Shown here piece by piece: positions 25,986 to 35,834 of a stretch of 64,000 nt of DNA. The notes below the pieces were generated by a model. The model did no database searches, was not told the DNA's origin, and worked only from the letters and a program-made list of their open reading frames with translations. Location of the stretch: contig CAWCPV010000005.1 in NCBI GenBank assembly GCA_963797555.1, positions 32,001 to 96,000 of the forward strand, given 5' to 3'. This stretch comes from an uncultured Gammaproteobacteria bacterium (GTDB taxonomy: Bacteria > Pseudomonadota > Gammaproteobacteria > CAWCPV01). The number at the start of each line of letters is the position of its first letter. The stretch's first letter is position 1. The translations under genes and the position numbers were made by a program.

Positions 25986-27248
25986 ATGCGCGCCGAACAC
26001 TTCACCGACACTCGCTTCGACCAATTCGACCTCCCGGCGGCGGTGCTTCAGGGCATCGCAGAGGCCGAGTTTACCCACTGCACGCCCATCCAGGCAGAGA
26101 CCTTGCCCCTGGCCCTGCAGGGCGCCGACGTTGCTGGACAGGCCCAGACCGGCACCGGCAAGACTGCAGCGTTCTTGGTGGGGACACTGAACCGCCTGTT
26201 GACGCGTGAACCTCCAGCGGACCGCAAGCCCAACCAGCCGCGCGCACTCATCATGGCCCCGACCCGCGAGCTGGCGGTACAGATCGCCGCAGAGGCCGAG
26301 GTGCTGGGCAAGTTCGCCGGGATGCGCATCGGGTTGGCTTACGGAGGGGTCGGTTACGAAAGCCAGCGCGAGTTCATCAGGGCGGGGGTGGACATTCTTA
26401 TCGGGACGCCGGGCCGCCTCATCGACTACTGCAAACACCACGTGTTCGACCTCCGCGCCATTCAGGCGGTAGTCGTCGACGAGGCGGACCGTATGTTCGA
26501 CCTCGGCTTCATCAAGGACATCCGGTTTCTCCTCCGGCGTATGCCCCGCCCACAGAATCGGCTCAGCATGCTGTTCTCGGCGACGCTGTCCTGGCGCGTG
26601 ACGGAGCTGGCTTACGAGCACATGAACAACCCCCGGATCATTCGCACCACTCCGGAGCAAGTCACTGTACCCAAGGTACGCGAGGTTCTGTACCACGTAG
26701 CCAAGGAAGAGAAGGTCCCGCTGCTGCTCGGCCTGCTCAAGCGCATGGTACCCGGGCGGTCCCTAGTGTTCGTCAATACCAAACGGGTGGCGGACAGGGT
26801 CGGTGCCTACCTGACCGGAAACGGTTTCCGTGCCGCATCGCTGAGTGGGGACGTCCCGCAGCGTCAGCGCCAGCAGATACTGGAGCGCTTCAAGCATGGT
26901 CACCTCGACATCTTGGTGGCCACGGATGTCGCGGCCCGCGGTCTCCACATTCCCGAAGTCAGCCATGTCTTCAACTTCGACCTGCCGCAGGACCCCGAAG
27001 ACTACGTCCACCGTATCGGTCGGACGGCTCGGCTGGGCGCGAGTGGTGAAGCCGTGAGTCTCGCCTGCGAGCAGTTCGTCTATTCGCTCCCAGATATCGA
27101 AGAATACATCGGGCACAGTATCCCGCCCGAGGCCGTGACCGACGAATTGCTGATCGAGCCGCGCCCTCCCGTCCAGTGGGATCGTCCTCGGCAAGCGGTA
27201 CCGCCGGGACGGCGGCGGCGCTCCGGCCACGCGCCAGCGAGGCGCTAG
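25986..27248 (+). CDS. rhlB: DEAD-box RNA helicase RhlB
   Basis: [31 protein letters not shown]; divergent from trxA. Confidence 0.93.
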   Translation: MRAEHFTDTRFDQFDLPAAVLQGIAEAEFTHCTPIQAETLPLALQGADVAGQAQTGTGKTAAFLVGTLNRLLTREPPADRKPNQPRALIMAPTRELAVQIAAEAEVLGKFAGMRIGLAYGGVGYESQREFIRAGVDILIGTPGRLIDYCKHHVFDLRAIQAVVVDEADRMFDLGFIKDIRFLLRRMPRPQNRLSMLFSATLSWRVTELAYEHMNNPRIIRTTPEQVTVPKVREVLYHVAKEEKVPLLLGLLKRMVPGRSLVFVNTKRVADRVGAYLTGNGFRAASLSGDVPQRQRQQILERFKHGHLDILVATDVAARGLHIPEVSHVFNFDLPQDPEDYVHRIGRTARLGASGEAVSLACEQFVYSLPDIEEYIGHSIPPEAVTDELLIEPRPPVQWDRPRQAVPPGRRRRSGHAPARR

Positions 27249-27258
27249 CTACCGCGCA

Positions 27259-27287
27259 TTGACCTCGTCATCTTCTGGCGCAACAAT
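27259..27287 (+). promoter_or_regulatory. Putative tRNA promoter
   Basis: TTGACC-17 bp-AACAAT followed by a GC-rich discriminator just before the tRNA. Confidence 0.45.
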
Positions 27288-27297
27288 ATTGCGCACC

Positions 27298-27371
27298 GCG
27301 GGTGTAGTTCAATGGTAGAACGTCAGCTTCCCAAGCTGAGAACGTGGGTTCGATTCCCATCACCCGCTCCA
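27298..27371 (+). tRNA. tRNA-Gly (CCC)
   Basis: GCGGGTG/CACCCGC acceptor stem, TCAGC-TTCCCAA-GCTGA anticodon arm, GGTTCGATTCC T arm, encoded CCA. Confidence 0.97.
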
Positions 27372-27795
27372 TCGTTGCCGAGGCCTGATGCACCTCGCTG
27401 CCTCCCGAGCGTCGCGAAGAGTGACAGGAGGAAAAGCCGCCCCGGCCCGACGGCCTCGCCAGAGCGCACGAGCCTTGAATAGCCCTGGCGGGCATTTAAG
27501 ACTCTTTGCTTGCGCTCTCACGCCTCCGCGCCTCCCACCCTGGACGCGACTTTCGCCTTCCGCGCCGCTCGCGGCCTGCACCGCGTAGCCACTATGGAGG
27601 CTCTGACGCCTGCGTCCGTCATCCCGGTGGCAGACTTCCCGACGTTCCGCGCACAACCATGCGGGTGACCCAAACATCGCCTTCACCGTCATGCCAGCGC
27701 GGCTCATGCGTTTCGGGCTTCGCCTTACCCTACCCGGCTCGCCGTCATTCCCCACCAAATCGAGTTCGTCTCCTACGGACCGAACCTCCGGTGTG

Positions 27796-30471
27796 CTAGT
27801 GAGCCTCGTCCCAGTTCTGCCCCACTCCAATTTCCACCACCAGCGGCACCGATAGCTCCGCCACCTCAGACATCAGACGGCGGACGGCCTCCTGCACCGT
27901 GGGGACGGCGTCTTCGGCAACCTCGAACACCAGCTCGTCGTGCACTTGCATAATCATGCGGACACTTGTCTCGTCAAGACACCGATCGCAGCTTATCATC
28001 GCCCGCTTGATGATGTCGGCGGCCGAACCCTGCATGGGAGCGTTGATGGCCGTCCGCTCTGCCTGCATGCGCCGCTGAGCGTTGGAGACATTGATCTCCG
28101 GAATGTAGAGCCGACGGCCGAACACCGTCTCCACGAAGCCGCGCTGCCGCGCCTGGACACGCGTCGCCTCGATAAAAGCCTGGACCGCCGGGTAACGCGC
28201 GAAGTAACGTTCGATATAGTTCTGTGCTTCCTCTTTCGGAATCCCGAGCTGACGTGACAGTCCGAAGGACGACATGCCATAGACCAATCCGAAGTTGATG
28301 GCCTTGGCGCGACGCCGCTGATCCGCGCTCACGCCGTCCAGGGCCACTCCGAACACCTCAGCCGCGGTGGCCAGGTGAATGTCTTCGCCCGCCGCAAACG
28401 CGGCCCGCAGGCGCGCGTCCTGAGACAGGTGCGCCAGAATACGCAGCTCAATCTGGGAGTAATCGGCGGCTACCAGCCGAAAGCCCTGGTCGGCCACGAA
28501 CGCTTGGCGGATTCTTCGTCCCTCCAGCGTCCGGACGGGAATATTCTGGAGATTGGGATCCGAAGAAGACAGACGCCCTGTAGCGGCCACTGCCTGATGA
28601 TACGAGGTGTGCACACGGCGGGTGCGCGGATTGACCTGCTGGGGAAGCTTGTCCGTGTATGTGGACTTGAGCTTGCTGAGGGAGCGATACTCCAACAGCA
28701 GGTGTGGCAGCGGGAAGTCCAAGGCCAGCTCGCTGAGGACGTTTTCCGCCGTGGACGGCTGCCCCTTAGGGGTCTTCTGCAGGACGGGCAGCCCCAACCG
28801 GCCGAATAGTACGTCCTGCAACTGCTTCGGCGAGTCGAGGTTGAACGCTACTCCAGCGAGTTGGTGTGCCTCGCGTCGCACGGCGTCGATGCGCTGCGCC
28901 AGCTCGCGGCTCTGGGCCTCGAGCTGCGCGCGATCCACCCGCACGCCACGGCGTTCCATACGGGAGAGAACAGGTACCAACGGGATCTCGATCTCGTCGA
29001 ATAACGCTTGCACACGGGCCTCAGCGCATACGCGGGGCCACAGCGTCTGATGGAGGCGCAGTGTCACATCTGCATCCTCAGCGGCGTAGGGCGCTGCCTG
29101 CTCGATGGGCACCTCGTCGAAGCGCAACTGGCCTCGGCCCTTGCCGGCCACGTCCTCGAACCGGATGTTCCGGTGGCCTAGGTACTTCAACGCCAGGGAA
29201 TCGAGGTCGTGGCGAGTGGCGGTGCTGTCCAATACATATGACTCCAGCATCGTATCGAAGCGGATGCCGCGCAGGTCGACGCCGTGTCGCGCGAGAACGC
29301 TCATGTCGTACTTCAGGTTGTGGCCCAACTTCGGTCGCGCTGCATCCTCCAACAAAGGCCGCAAGCGGCCCAGAATCTCGTCGCGATCGAGCTGCTCGGG
29401 GGCGCCTGGGTAGCGGTGGGCCAACGGGACGTATGCCGCCTCTCCTGCGGCCACCGCAAAGGAGACACCAACGACCTCCGCCTGCATGTAATCCAGACCG
29501 GTGGTCTCGGTGTCGAAGGCAAACAAGGGAGCGGCGGACAGCCGCTCCAACCAGCGCTCCAAGCCGACCTTGTCGGACACGACTTCATACTGGGGTGGGG
29601 TGGTGGTTTCGGGCTCGGCGGAAGGCAGTTGCGCCAACCAGGTTTTGAACTCGAGGCGTTTGAACCATCCGCGGAGTGTCTGCGCGTCGGCCTCGCGGCG
29701 CCGCAGCCCCTGGAGACCGATAGGCAGAGTGATATCGCGACGTATCCGCGCCAGCTCCCGCGACAGCCGCAGTTGGTCCAAGTGCTGGCGCAGGCTCTCT
29801 CCGACCCGCCCGCCCAGATCCCCGGCATGCGCGACGAGGCGTTCCAGCGAACCATAGTCCTCCAGCAGCCGCGCCGCGGTCTTGGGGCCGATTCCTGGCA
29901 CCCCTGGGATGTTGTCGATCTTGTCCCCCACCAAGGCCAGATAGTCGACGATGCGCTCCGGAGGGACGCCGAACTTCTCGACCACACCACGTATGTCCAG
30001 TGTTCTCCCGGTCATCGTATTCAACAGCGTTACCCGGCCGTCCACGAGCTGGGCCATGTCCTTGTCACCGGTCGAGATGACACAAGGAAAACGGGAGGCC
30101 GATGCCTGCTCGGCAAGGGTTCCAATGACATCGTCGGCCTCGACACCCTCCACCACCAGCACGGGAATCCCCATGGCGTGGATCACCCGCTGCAAGGGCT
30201 CCACCTGTCCCACCAACTCATCAGGCATAGGCGCACGGTCGGCCTTGTAGCGCTCGAATAGGTCATCACGGAAGGTTCTACCGCTGGCGTCGAACACCAC
30301 CGCAACAAGCTCGGGTTCGTAGTCGGCGAGAAGCTTGCGCAGCATGTTCACCACGCCATAAACCGCGCCGGTCGGCTCTCCCTGGGAATTGCTCAGCGGC
30401 GGCAACGCGTGGAAGGCCCGGTACAAATACGAGGAACCGTCGACAAGGATGATGGGTTTGGTCTGTGGCAT
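27796..30471 (-). CDS. polA: DNA polymerase I
   Basis: LVDGSSYLYRAFHA, FDTET, DYSQIELR, KAINFG, QVHDEL. Confidence 0.98.
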   Translation of the reverse strand: MPQTKPIILVDGSSYLYRAFHALPPLSNSQGEPTGAVYGVVNMLRKLLADYEPELVAVVFDASGRTFRDDLFERYKADRAPMPDELVGQVEPLQRVIHAMGIPVLVVEGVEADDVIGTLAEQASASRFPCVISTGDKDMAQLVDGRVTLLNTMTGRTLDIRGVVEKFGVPPERIVDYLALVGDKIDNIPGVPGIGPKTAARLLEDYGSLERLVAHAGDLGGRVGESLRQHLDQLRLSRELARIRRDITLPIGLQGLRRREADAQTLRGWFKRLEFKTWLAQLPSAEPETTTPPQYEVVSDKVGLERWLERLSAAPLFAFDTETTGLDYMQAEVVGVSFAVAAGEAAYVPLAHRYPGAPEQLDRDEILGRLRPLLEDAARPKLGHNLKYDMSVLARHGVDLRGIRFDTMLESYVLDSTATRHDLDSLALKYLGHRNIRFEDVAGKGRGQLRFDEVPIEQAAPYAAEDADVTLRLHQTLWPRVCAEARVQALFDEIEIPLVPVLSRMERRGVRVDRAQLEAQSRELAQRIDAVRREAHQLAGVAFNLDSPKQLQDVLFGRLGLPVLQKTPKGQPSTAENVLSELALDFPLPHLLLEYRSLSKLKSTYTDKLPQQVNPRTRRVHTSYHQAVAATGRLSSSDPNLQNIPVRTLEGRRIRQAFVADQGFRLVAADYSQIELRILAHLSQDARLRAAFAAGEDIHLATAAEVFGVALDGVSADQRRRAKAINFGLVYGMSSFGLSRQLGIPKEEAQNYIERYFARYPAVQAFIEATRVQARQRGFVETVFGRRLYIPEINVSNAQRRMQAERTAINAPMQGSAADIIKRAMISCDRCLDETSVRMIMQVHDELVFEVAEDAVPTVQEAVRRLMSEVAELSVPLVVEIGVGQNWDEAH

Positions 30472-30501
30472 ATCGCGATTGGGACAGTGGGCAACGATGG
30501 C

Positions 30502-31226
30502 ATGATGGTTGTGGACGGCAAGTCGTCTCACCCGGCGCCGCGGCCCGTAGACGATACGTTGCTCCCCCGGGAGTCCTTGGAAGATCTTTCAGATCATGGC
30601 CGAGTTCGTCGAGGGATTCGAGCGGTTGACCCAGATCCGTCCGGCAGTGAGCGTCTTCGGTCGTCTCGGATTCCCCCGGCCATTACCACACTGCCCTAGG
30701 AGATCGCCCGCGCGCTACCGGAGGCAGGCTTCAGTGTCGTCAGCGGTGGCGGACCGGGCATCATGAAGGTCGCGAACCGGGGGGCCTATGCGGGGAAATC
30801 CCCTTAGCATTGGCCTAAACATCGTGTTACCCCGCGAGCAGACGGCCAATCCCTATCAGGACATGTCCTTGAACTTCAGGCACTTCTTCTCGCGCAAGAT
30901 CATGTTCGTGAAGTACACCGCCGCGTATGCCGTGCTGCCGGGCGGGTTCGGAACCCCGGATGAGTTAGCCGAGATCCTCACGCTGGTGCGGACGGGCAAG
31001 ACCCGGCGCATCCCCATCATCCTGTTGCACGAGCCGTTCTGGCGCGGCTTGGTGGACTGGTTCCGCGACATCCTGGCTCCAGAAGACACGATCAGCCTGT
31101 CGGACCTGAGATTTGTATGTCATCCTGAATGAGCCCCGAGAAATGGTGAAAGCCATCTTCGACTTCTACCGGCACCGCGGCTTTAAGCCTTCTGCGTGGG
31201 AACGTGAGATAATGCTCGCACTATAA
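30502..31226 (+). pseudogene. Decayed LOG-family (TIGR00730-like) gene
   Basis: WKIFQIMAEFVEGF, SGGGPGIM, IGLNI, PGGFGTPDE and C-terminal IFDFY..EREIML spread across several frames; at least 4 indels plus motif substitutions. Confidence 0.8.
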
Positions 31227-31245
31227 CCGTTCACTGTAGGCATTG

Positions 31246-31629
31246 ATGCACCGCTCCGTCCTCGCCCTCACGCTGCTGGCCGCGGCGCTTGCACAGGCGC
31301 AGCCGCAGCCTCTACCGGACTTGGAGAGGCCGCCCGCCCCCGTGGTCGGCCAAGGCGCCGCAGAGGCAGGCAAGGGGCCCTCTCGGCCCCAAGAGCCTGT
31401 GCCACCGCCAAACGCCGGCGGCATCGAGCCCGAGATCACCATTACCCACAGGGGGCAGGTCATTGTACAGGAATACCGGATCAATGGGCGTCTCTACATG
31501 ATCCGGGTCATTCCTCCCATCGGCTTCCCCTATTACCTCGTCGACACCAATGCCGACGGCGTTTGGGATACTCGGCTGAACGACCTAGCCCCGATCGCCC
31601 CGCCCCAGTGGATTCTGTTCAGCTGGTAA
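31246..31629 (+). CDS. DUF2782-family exported protein
   Basis: Signal peptide, Pro-rich linker, EPEITI..EYRINGRLYMIRVIP..PYYLVD..PQWILFSW; usual polA-thrB neighbour. Confidence 0.85.
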   Translation: MHRSVLALTLLAAALAQAQPQPLPDLERPPAPVVGQGAAEAGKGPSRPQEPVPPPNAGGIEPEITITHRGQVIVQEYRINGRLYMIRVIPPIGFPYYLVDTNADGVWDTRLNDLAPIAPPQWILFSW

Positions 31630-31699
31630 TCGCGACAGGGCCGCATATCGGTCAGCCCAGGAAACCGGGGTCGCGTTGCAAGATTCGGTTGGGGCGCTC

Positions 31700-32215
31700 A
31701 TCGGAGCGAGGTGTTCGGCCCGCACGAATTCCGAGTGAACATCAAGCCGAGGACAAGCCCACTCGTCATGTCCCATGAGGGTCCACGTCATCTCCCACTG
31801 CTGGTCGAGGGTGCAGAGGAGGAGGAGCGGCTCGGCTACACCGCCGAACTCATGGTCTGTCTTGCAGATCGCGGCTTGCCGTCGCCGCGGCCCGTTGCCG
31901 ACTCCCGGAGGCCCCCTGAGGCACATCGACGGCAGGCCAGCGATTCTCGTATCGCGGCGGTGCGGGACCCGGCCAGGCATCCCGACGGTAGCCCAGTGCA
32001 GCACCGCCGGCAAAGCCCTGAGCCGCCTCCATGCCGTGGGCTGCGATTTCCAGCAGTGGCGCGAGGCACCCGGAGGCCGCCGTTGGTGGCGGCCTATGGC
32101 CGGCGCCCTGCAGTCATTACTCGGGGACGAGGAATGGACTCTCCTCCAAGAGGAGATCTGCTGCCTGTCAGTGTTCCGGTTTCCCGACCTGCCGCGCACT
32201 GCCATTCACCACGCC
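31700..32215 (+). pseudogene. thrB: Decayed homoserine kinase type II
   Basis: Fragments ELMVCLADRGLPSPRPVAD, IDGRPAILV, AGKALSRLH, DLPRTAIH in different frames; truncated at the IHxDLF motif; expected position after DUF2782. Boundaries approximate. Confidence 0.7.
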
Positions 32216-32443
32216 CTCACCCGTCGTGCGGGGCATCGTAGGCCTTCACGAGGTCGTCCATGCCCTGCATGGCCGCCTCACGCATACTGAGAGCTTGTGA
32301 ATAGATCTGCTGCGAGGCCCAATAGCGGCGTCCTGCGGTGCTCGCTGATCGCCTATCTACTTGATAGGCCTGGTCGCTCCGCGCCGTGCGCCGTGCTCTC
32401 GGGCCGATCGCGACGATTTGTTGACAAGCGCTGAAGTTGCCCC

Positions 32444-33796
32444 ATGCTCTGGAGACGTCGAACGACACTGTTCGCATCTGCGCCCCCCGTTGATGGGCAC
32501 CCGCCGAGATCGTTCTTTTCCGGTCTCTGGCGCCTGTGCAGCCATTCGCTGATTCTCCTGTGGCCCCTTACCGCGCAACCCGGCACCTTCGCCCTCCAAC
32601 CCGGCGACGATGTGGTCGGGGAGCTGTCCAGCATCACCGCCCGTTACGAAGACACTTTGTCGGACATCGCCCGCCGCTACGACCTCGGATATGACGAGAT
32701 CGTTCAGGTCAACCCGGACGTCGACCCCTGGCTGCCCGGGGATGGCAAACGGATTCGGCTGCCAACCCAGTTCGTGTTGCCCGACGCACCTCGGAACGGC
32801 ATTGCGCTGAACTTGGCGGAGATGCGCCTCTATTACTACCCTCGTCCCAAGGCCGGAGAGCCAGCCGTAGTGATCACCCACCCCGTGGGCATCGGGCGCG
32901 AAGGCTGGAGCACGCCAGTCGCCAACACCCGTATCGTAGCCAAGGTGCCGAACCCGAGCTGGTACCCGCCCGCGTCGATCCGCGCCGAGCATGCCGCGCA
33001 GGGGGACCCGCTACCCAAAGTGGTGCCAGCAGGCCCGGACAATCCGCTAGGCCAGTTCGCCCTGCGCCTCGGCATTACCAGCGTCCTCATCCATGGGACG
33101 AACAAACCATACGGGGTGGGCATGCGGGTCAGCCATGGATGCATTCGTCTCTACCCCGAGGATATCGAGGAACTGTTCCGCCGGATCCCCGTAAATACGC
33201 CGGTCCACATCGTGAACCAACCCTACAAGGTGGGCTGGAAAGATGGGGAACTCTACCTGGAAGCGCACGCGCTGCCGGTTGACGACGCGCAGAACCTGCA
33301 AGCCGCCATGACGCCTCTGACCAGAGCGGTCATGGCGGCAATAGGAAACCGGGACTACGCGGTCGATTGGGACAAGGCGCAGGACGCGGCCAGCCAGAGG
33401 CTAGGAATTCCCGTCCCGATGGGCGCCGAGTCCCCCTCCGTCGGGGAGGTACTGGCGCAGGCGGCTCTCCGCGCCCCAGAGGCGAGCCCTGAAGCGGTGA
33501 CGTTGAGTCGGGATATCCAGTGGTGGGTGGAAGCGGGCGAATTTGCGCAGCGAGCCAGAGCGGAAAACTTGGCCGTCACCCTGCGCCAGGGATCACCCCC
33601 CATCCCCGCTCAACCGGCTATCGACGGGCGCACCTATCGCGTCGCCGCGGGCCCTTTCAACGACAGACACGACGCAGAGGCCGCAGCCCGGCGTATCAGT
33701 GCACGCTTACGCCTGAAGACGCGACTACTGTCCAGGCGCCCGGGAGGTCCGGTGACACTGCCCGCCGCTCAGATCCCCGAGGCTACCCTGTTCTAG
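32444..33796 (+). CDS. L,D-transpeptidase (ErfK/YbiS/YcfS type) with LysM-like N-terminus and C-terminal SPOR-like domain
   Basis: DTLSDIARRY, NLAEMRLYYY, PVGIGR, GPDNPLG, IHGT..SHGCIRL; C-terminal WVEAGEF..YRVAAGPF. Confidence 0.9.
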   Translation: MLWRRRTTLFASAPPVDGHPPRSFFSGLWRLCSHSLILLWPLTAQPGTFALQPGDDVVGELSSITARYEDTLSDIARRYDLGYDEIVQVNPDVDPWLPGDGKRIRLPTQFVLPDAPRNGIALNLAEMRLYYYPRPKAGEPAVVITHPVGIGREGWSTPVANTRIVAKVPNPSWYPPASIRAEHAAQGDPLPKVVPAGPDNPLGQFALRLGITSVLIHGTNKPYGVGMRVSHGCIRLYPEDIEELFRRIPVNTPVHIVNQPYKVGWKDGELYLEAHALPVDDAQNLQAAMTPLTRAVMAAIGNRDYAVDWDKAQDAASQRLGIPVPMGAESPSVGEVLAQAALRAPEASPEAVTLSRDIQWWVEAGEFAQRARAENLAVTLRQGSPPIPAQPAIDGRTYRVAAGPFNDRHDAEAAARRISARLRLKTRLLSRRPGGPVTLPAAQIPEATLF

Positions 33797-33855
33797 GAGC
33801 ACTCGGAGAGGCCGAACGGGATGAGAACGCCGCGACCGGACAGACGAAGCGAGAG

Positions 33856-33883
33856 AGCCCCGCGGCGACTTCGCCGCAGGGCT
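33856..33883. terminator. GC-rich hairpin between the convergent ldt and lipoprotein genes
   Basis: AGCCC-c-GCGGCG-actt-CGCCGC-a-GGGCT; weak pyrimidine tail on the minus strand. Confidence 0.55.
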
Positions 33884-33905
33884 AGCAGCTCCCTTTGCTC
33901 GGGCG

Positions 33906-34169
33906 CTACTTGTACATGGACTTCTTGAACATCCGGCCGATCTTCTCGTTGGTCTGGGTGCAGCAGCTCTGCGCCTCGTCAGCCTTCTGCATGGCCTGAG
34001 ACGCCATGGCCTTGGCCTCGTCCGCAGACTGGGCCGCCCGCTGGGCAGTGGCGTTGGCCTGGTCGGCGGTGGCCGCGACCTTCTGGAGATCCCCAGTAGT
34101 GGCACAACCCGCCAGCGCGAGAGGCAGGACCACCAACGAGATTGCAGCGACTTTTCTCAACGTAGCCAT
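33906..34169 (-). CDS. Lpp/OprI-family alanine-zipper lipoprotein
   Basis: LAGC lipobox, Ala-rich coiled coil, NEKIGRMFKKSMYK ending in Lys. Confidence 0.9.
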   Translation of the reverse strand: MATLRKVAAISLVVLPLALAGCATTGDLQKVAATADQANATAQRAAQSADEAKAMASQAMQKADEAQSCCTQTNEKIGRMFKKSMYK

Positions 34170-34254
34170 GTTGTTACCCCCTTAGGGTTATTACGGGTTT
34201 CACTGCGGTGTCTATCATAGGCCGTTGGCGCCGTGTTTGGTATCCCCCGCTCAT

Positions 34255-34812
34255 TCAGCGGATGACCACGCGGGTCCCAGGTCTCACCCAACTTGCGAGC
34301 CGGTCAATCTGCGCGTTGGTGAGGGCGATACATCCTTGGGTCCAGTTGAGCCGGCGCTGGATAGCCGGATCGCCGCGGCCGAGCCCGTGGATTCCGATGT
34401 GCCCTCCGAGGAAGGTGTCCTGCGGCGGGACGTGGCCCGCGTCAAGCGCGTTCTGGATTGCAAGGTAAGTGCCGCGATCGATGAGCCGCGCCCGGTACCC
34501 CGATTCGGCTTGGTCCCGGTTCGGATAGTCCAGACCGATGAACACGTGGAACGGACTGTCCCACAGGATCCGTGTGACATGAAACTCACCGAGCGGCGTG
34601 GTTTGATCACCGCGGTGCCTGACCTCGGCCACCCCTCCGCGCCCGACTGCAACGTCTCTGAACGTCCGCAGCGCCCGCCCGGCCTGTCGCACAGACAACG
34701 TGTGCGTCGTCGTGTCTACGAGGATCCAAATCTCCGGCGCAGCGTGCGCCGCCGGCATCGCCGCACCCACCTCGCCCGCCAGCAGTAACATAAGAGCCGA
34801 AGGCCAGCGCAC
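34255..34812 (-). CDS. YkuD-domain protein (L,D-transpeptidase family, YafK/DpaA-like)
   Basis: Signal peptide, GDQTTPLG, LDYPN, IGIHG, WTQGCIAL. Confidence 0.85.
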   Translation of the reverse strand: MRWPSALMLLLAGEVGAAMPAAHAAPEIWILVDTTTHTLSVRQAGRALRTFRDVAVGRGGVAEVRHRGDQTTPLGEFHVTRILWDSPFHVFIGLDYPNRDQAESGYRARLIDRGTYLAIQNALDAGHVPPQDTFLGGHIGIHGLGRGDPAIQRRLNWTQGCIALTNAQIDRLASWVRPGTRVVIR

Positions 34813-35004
34813 AACTTAACCCTCACATCCCCGAGCCGCGCCGAAGAGACCGGGCGTTAACTTGCCCTACAGTGGCCCCGACTCGTTCGGCCCCGTGCCC
34901 CGCGCTACGGCGGCTCACCCCACTGCTCCATCCGCGTCGCCCCCGCGGAGCCAGGAGGGCGTACGAGCCCGTACCGCTGGCCGTCACTACGCCGTCTCCC
35001 GTGG

Positions 35005-35652
35005 CTAAGGCCCGAGGCCGTGACGTGCCCGGTGGTCCTTGAGAGTCTCCGCCGCGACCGCTTGCCCAGGCGTGCGTTCGAGGAAGGCAATCAGGTCATC
35101 GAGCGTGGCGATGGCAACCACGGGCACGCGGTAGGTCGCGGCCACCTCCTGCACGGCGGAACACCCCGATAGCCCGCGCTCCTGGCGATCCAGGGCCACC
35201 ACGACACCGCAAGGCTTGGCGCCGGCGTCACAGATCACCCGCACGGACTCCCGCACGGACGTGCCGGCGGTAATCACGTCGTCCACAACCAGGATCCTTC
35301 CGCGAAGAGGTGCACCAACGACCGTGCCGCCTTCGCCGTGGTCCTTCGGCTCCTTACGGTCGAATGCATACGGCACGTCCAAGCTATGGTGCTCGGCGAG
35401 GGCGATAGCACCGGCCGTCACCAAGGGTATCCCCTTGTAGGCCGGACCGAACAACATGTCGAAGGCGATCCCCGACTCGCAGATCGCTTCTGCGCACAGG
35501 CGGCCCAACCGCGCCAAACTCGCGCCGTGGTTGAACAGGCCACTGTCGAAGAAGTACGGGCTCCGCCGGCCGGACTTGAGGGTGAACGTCCCGAAACGGA
35601 GCGCCCGCTCGGCCAAGGCCAGATCGATGAAGCTTCGGGAACGTGCAGTCAT
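35005..35652 (-). CDS. pyrE: Orotate phosphoribosyltransferase
   Basis: FTLKSGRRSPYFF, FGPAYKGIP, RKEPKDHGEGG, VDDVITAGT. Confidence 0.97.
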   Translation of the reverse strand: MTARSRSFIDLALAERALRFGTFTLKSGRRSPYFFDSGLFNHGASLARLGRLCAEAICESGIAFDMLFGPAYKGIPLVTAGAIALAEHHSLDVPYAFDRKEPKDHGEGGTVVGAPLRGRILVVDDVITAGTSVRESVRVICDAGAKPCGVVVALDRQERGLSGCSAVQEVAATYRVPVVAIATLDDLIAFLERTPGQAVAAETLKDHRARHGLGP

Positions 35653-35834
35653 CGCCTGATCCGGTCGCGAATCCAAAGAACCGCCCTAGTCGGATACCAC
35701 CGCCGAGAACCAGGGAATCTGGACGGCGATGGGTTATGTTACTATTCCGCCAGCCGGGGGCAAGGCGTATGCGATCAGACACCGGCCTGTGAACGCAGGC
35801 TCAGGCGCCAGGGTGCGCCGAGAGGCGGGACGGC

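Noticed and set aside
27298-27371. Genomic island integrated at tRNA-Gly
   Set aside because: No duplicated tRNA 3' end and no integrase; polA follows within about 430 bp.
35677-35834. Possible xth/crc remnant divergent from pyrE
   Set aside because: Only a vague resemblance near an ATG at about 35769; no recognisable motif.
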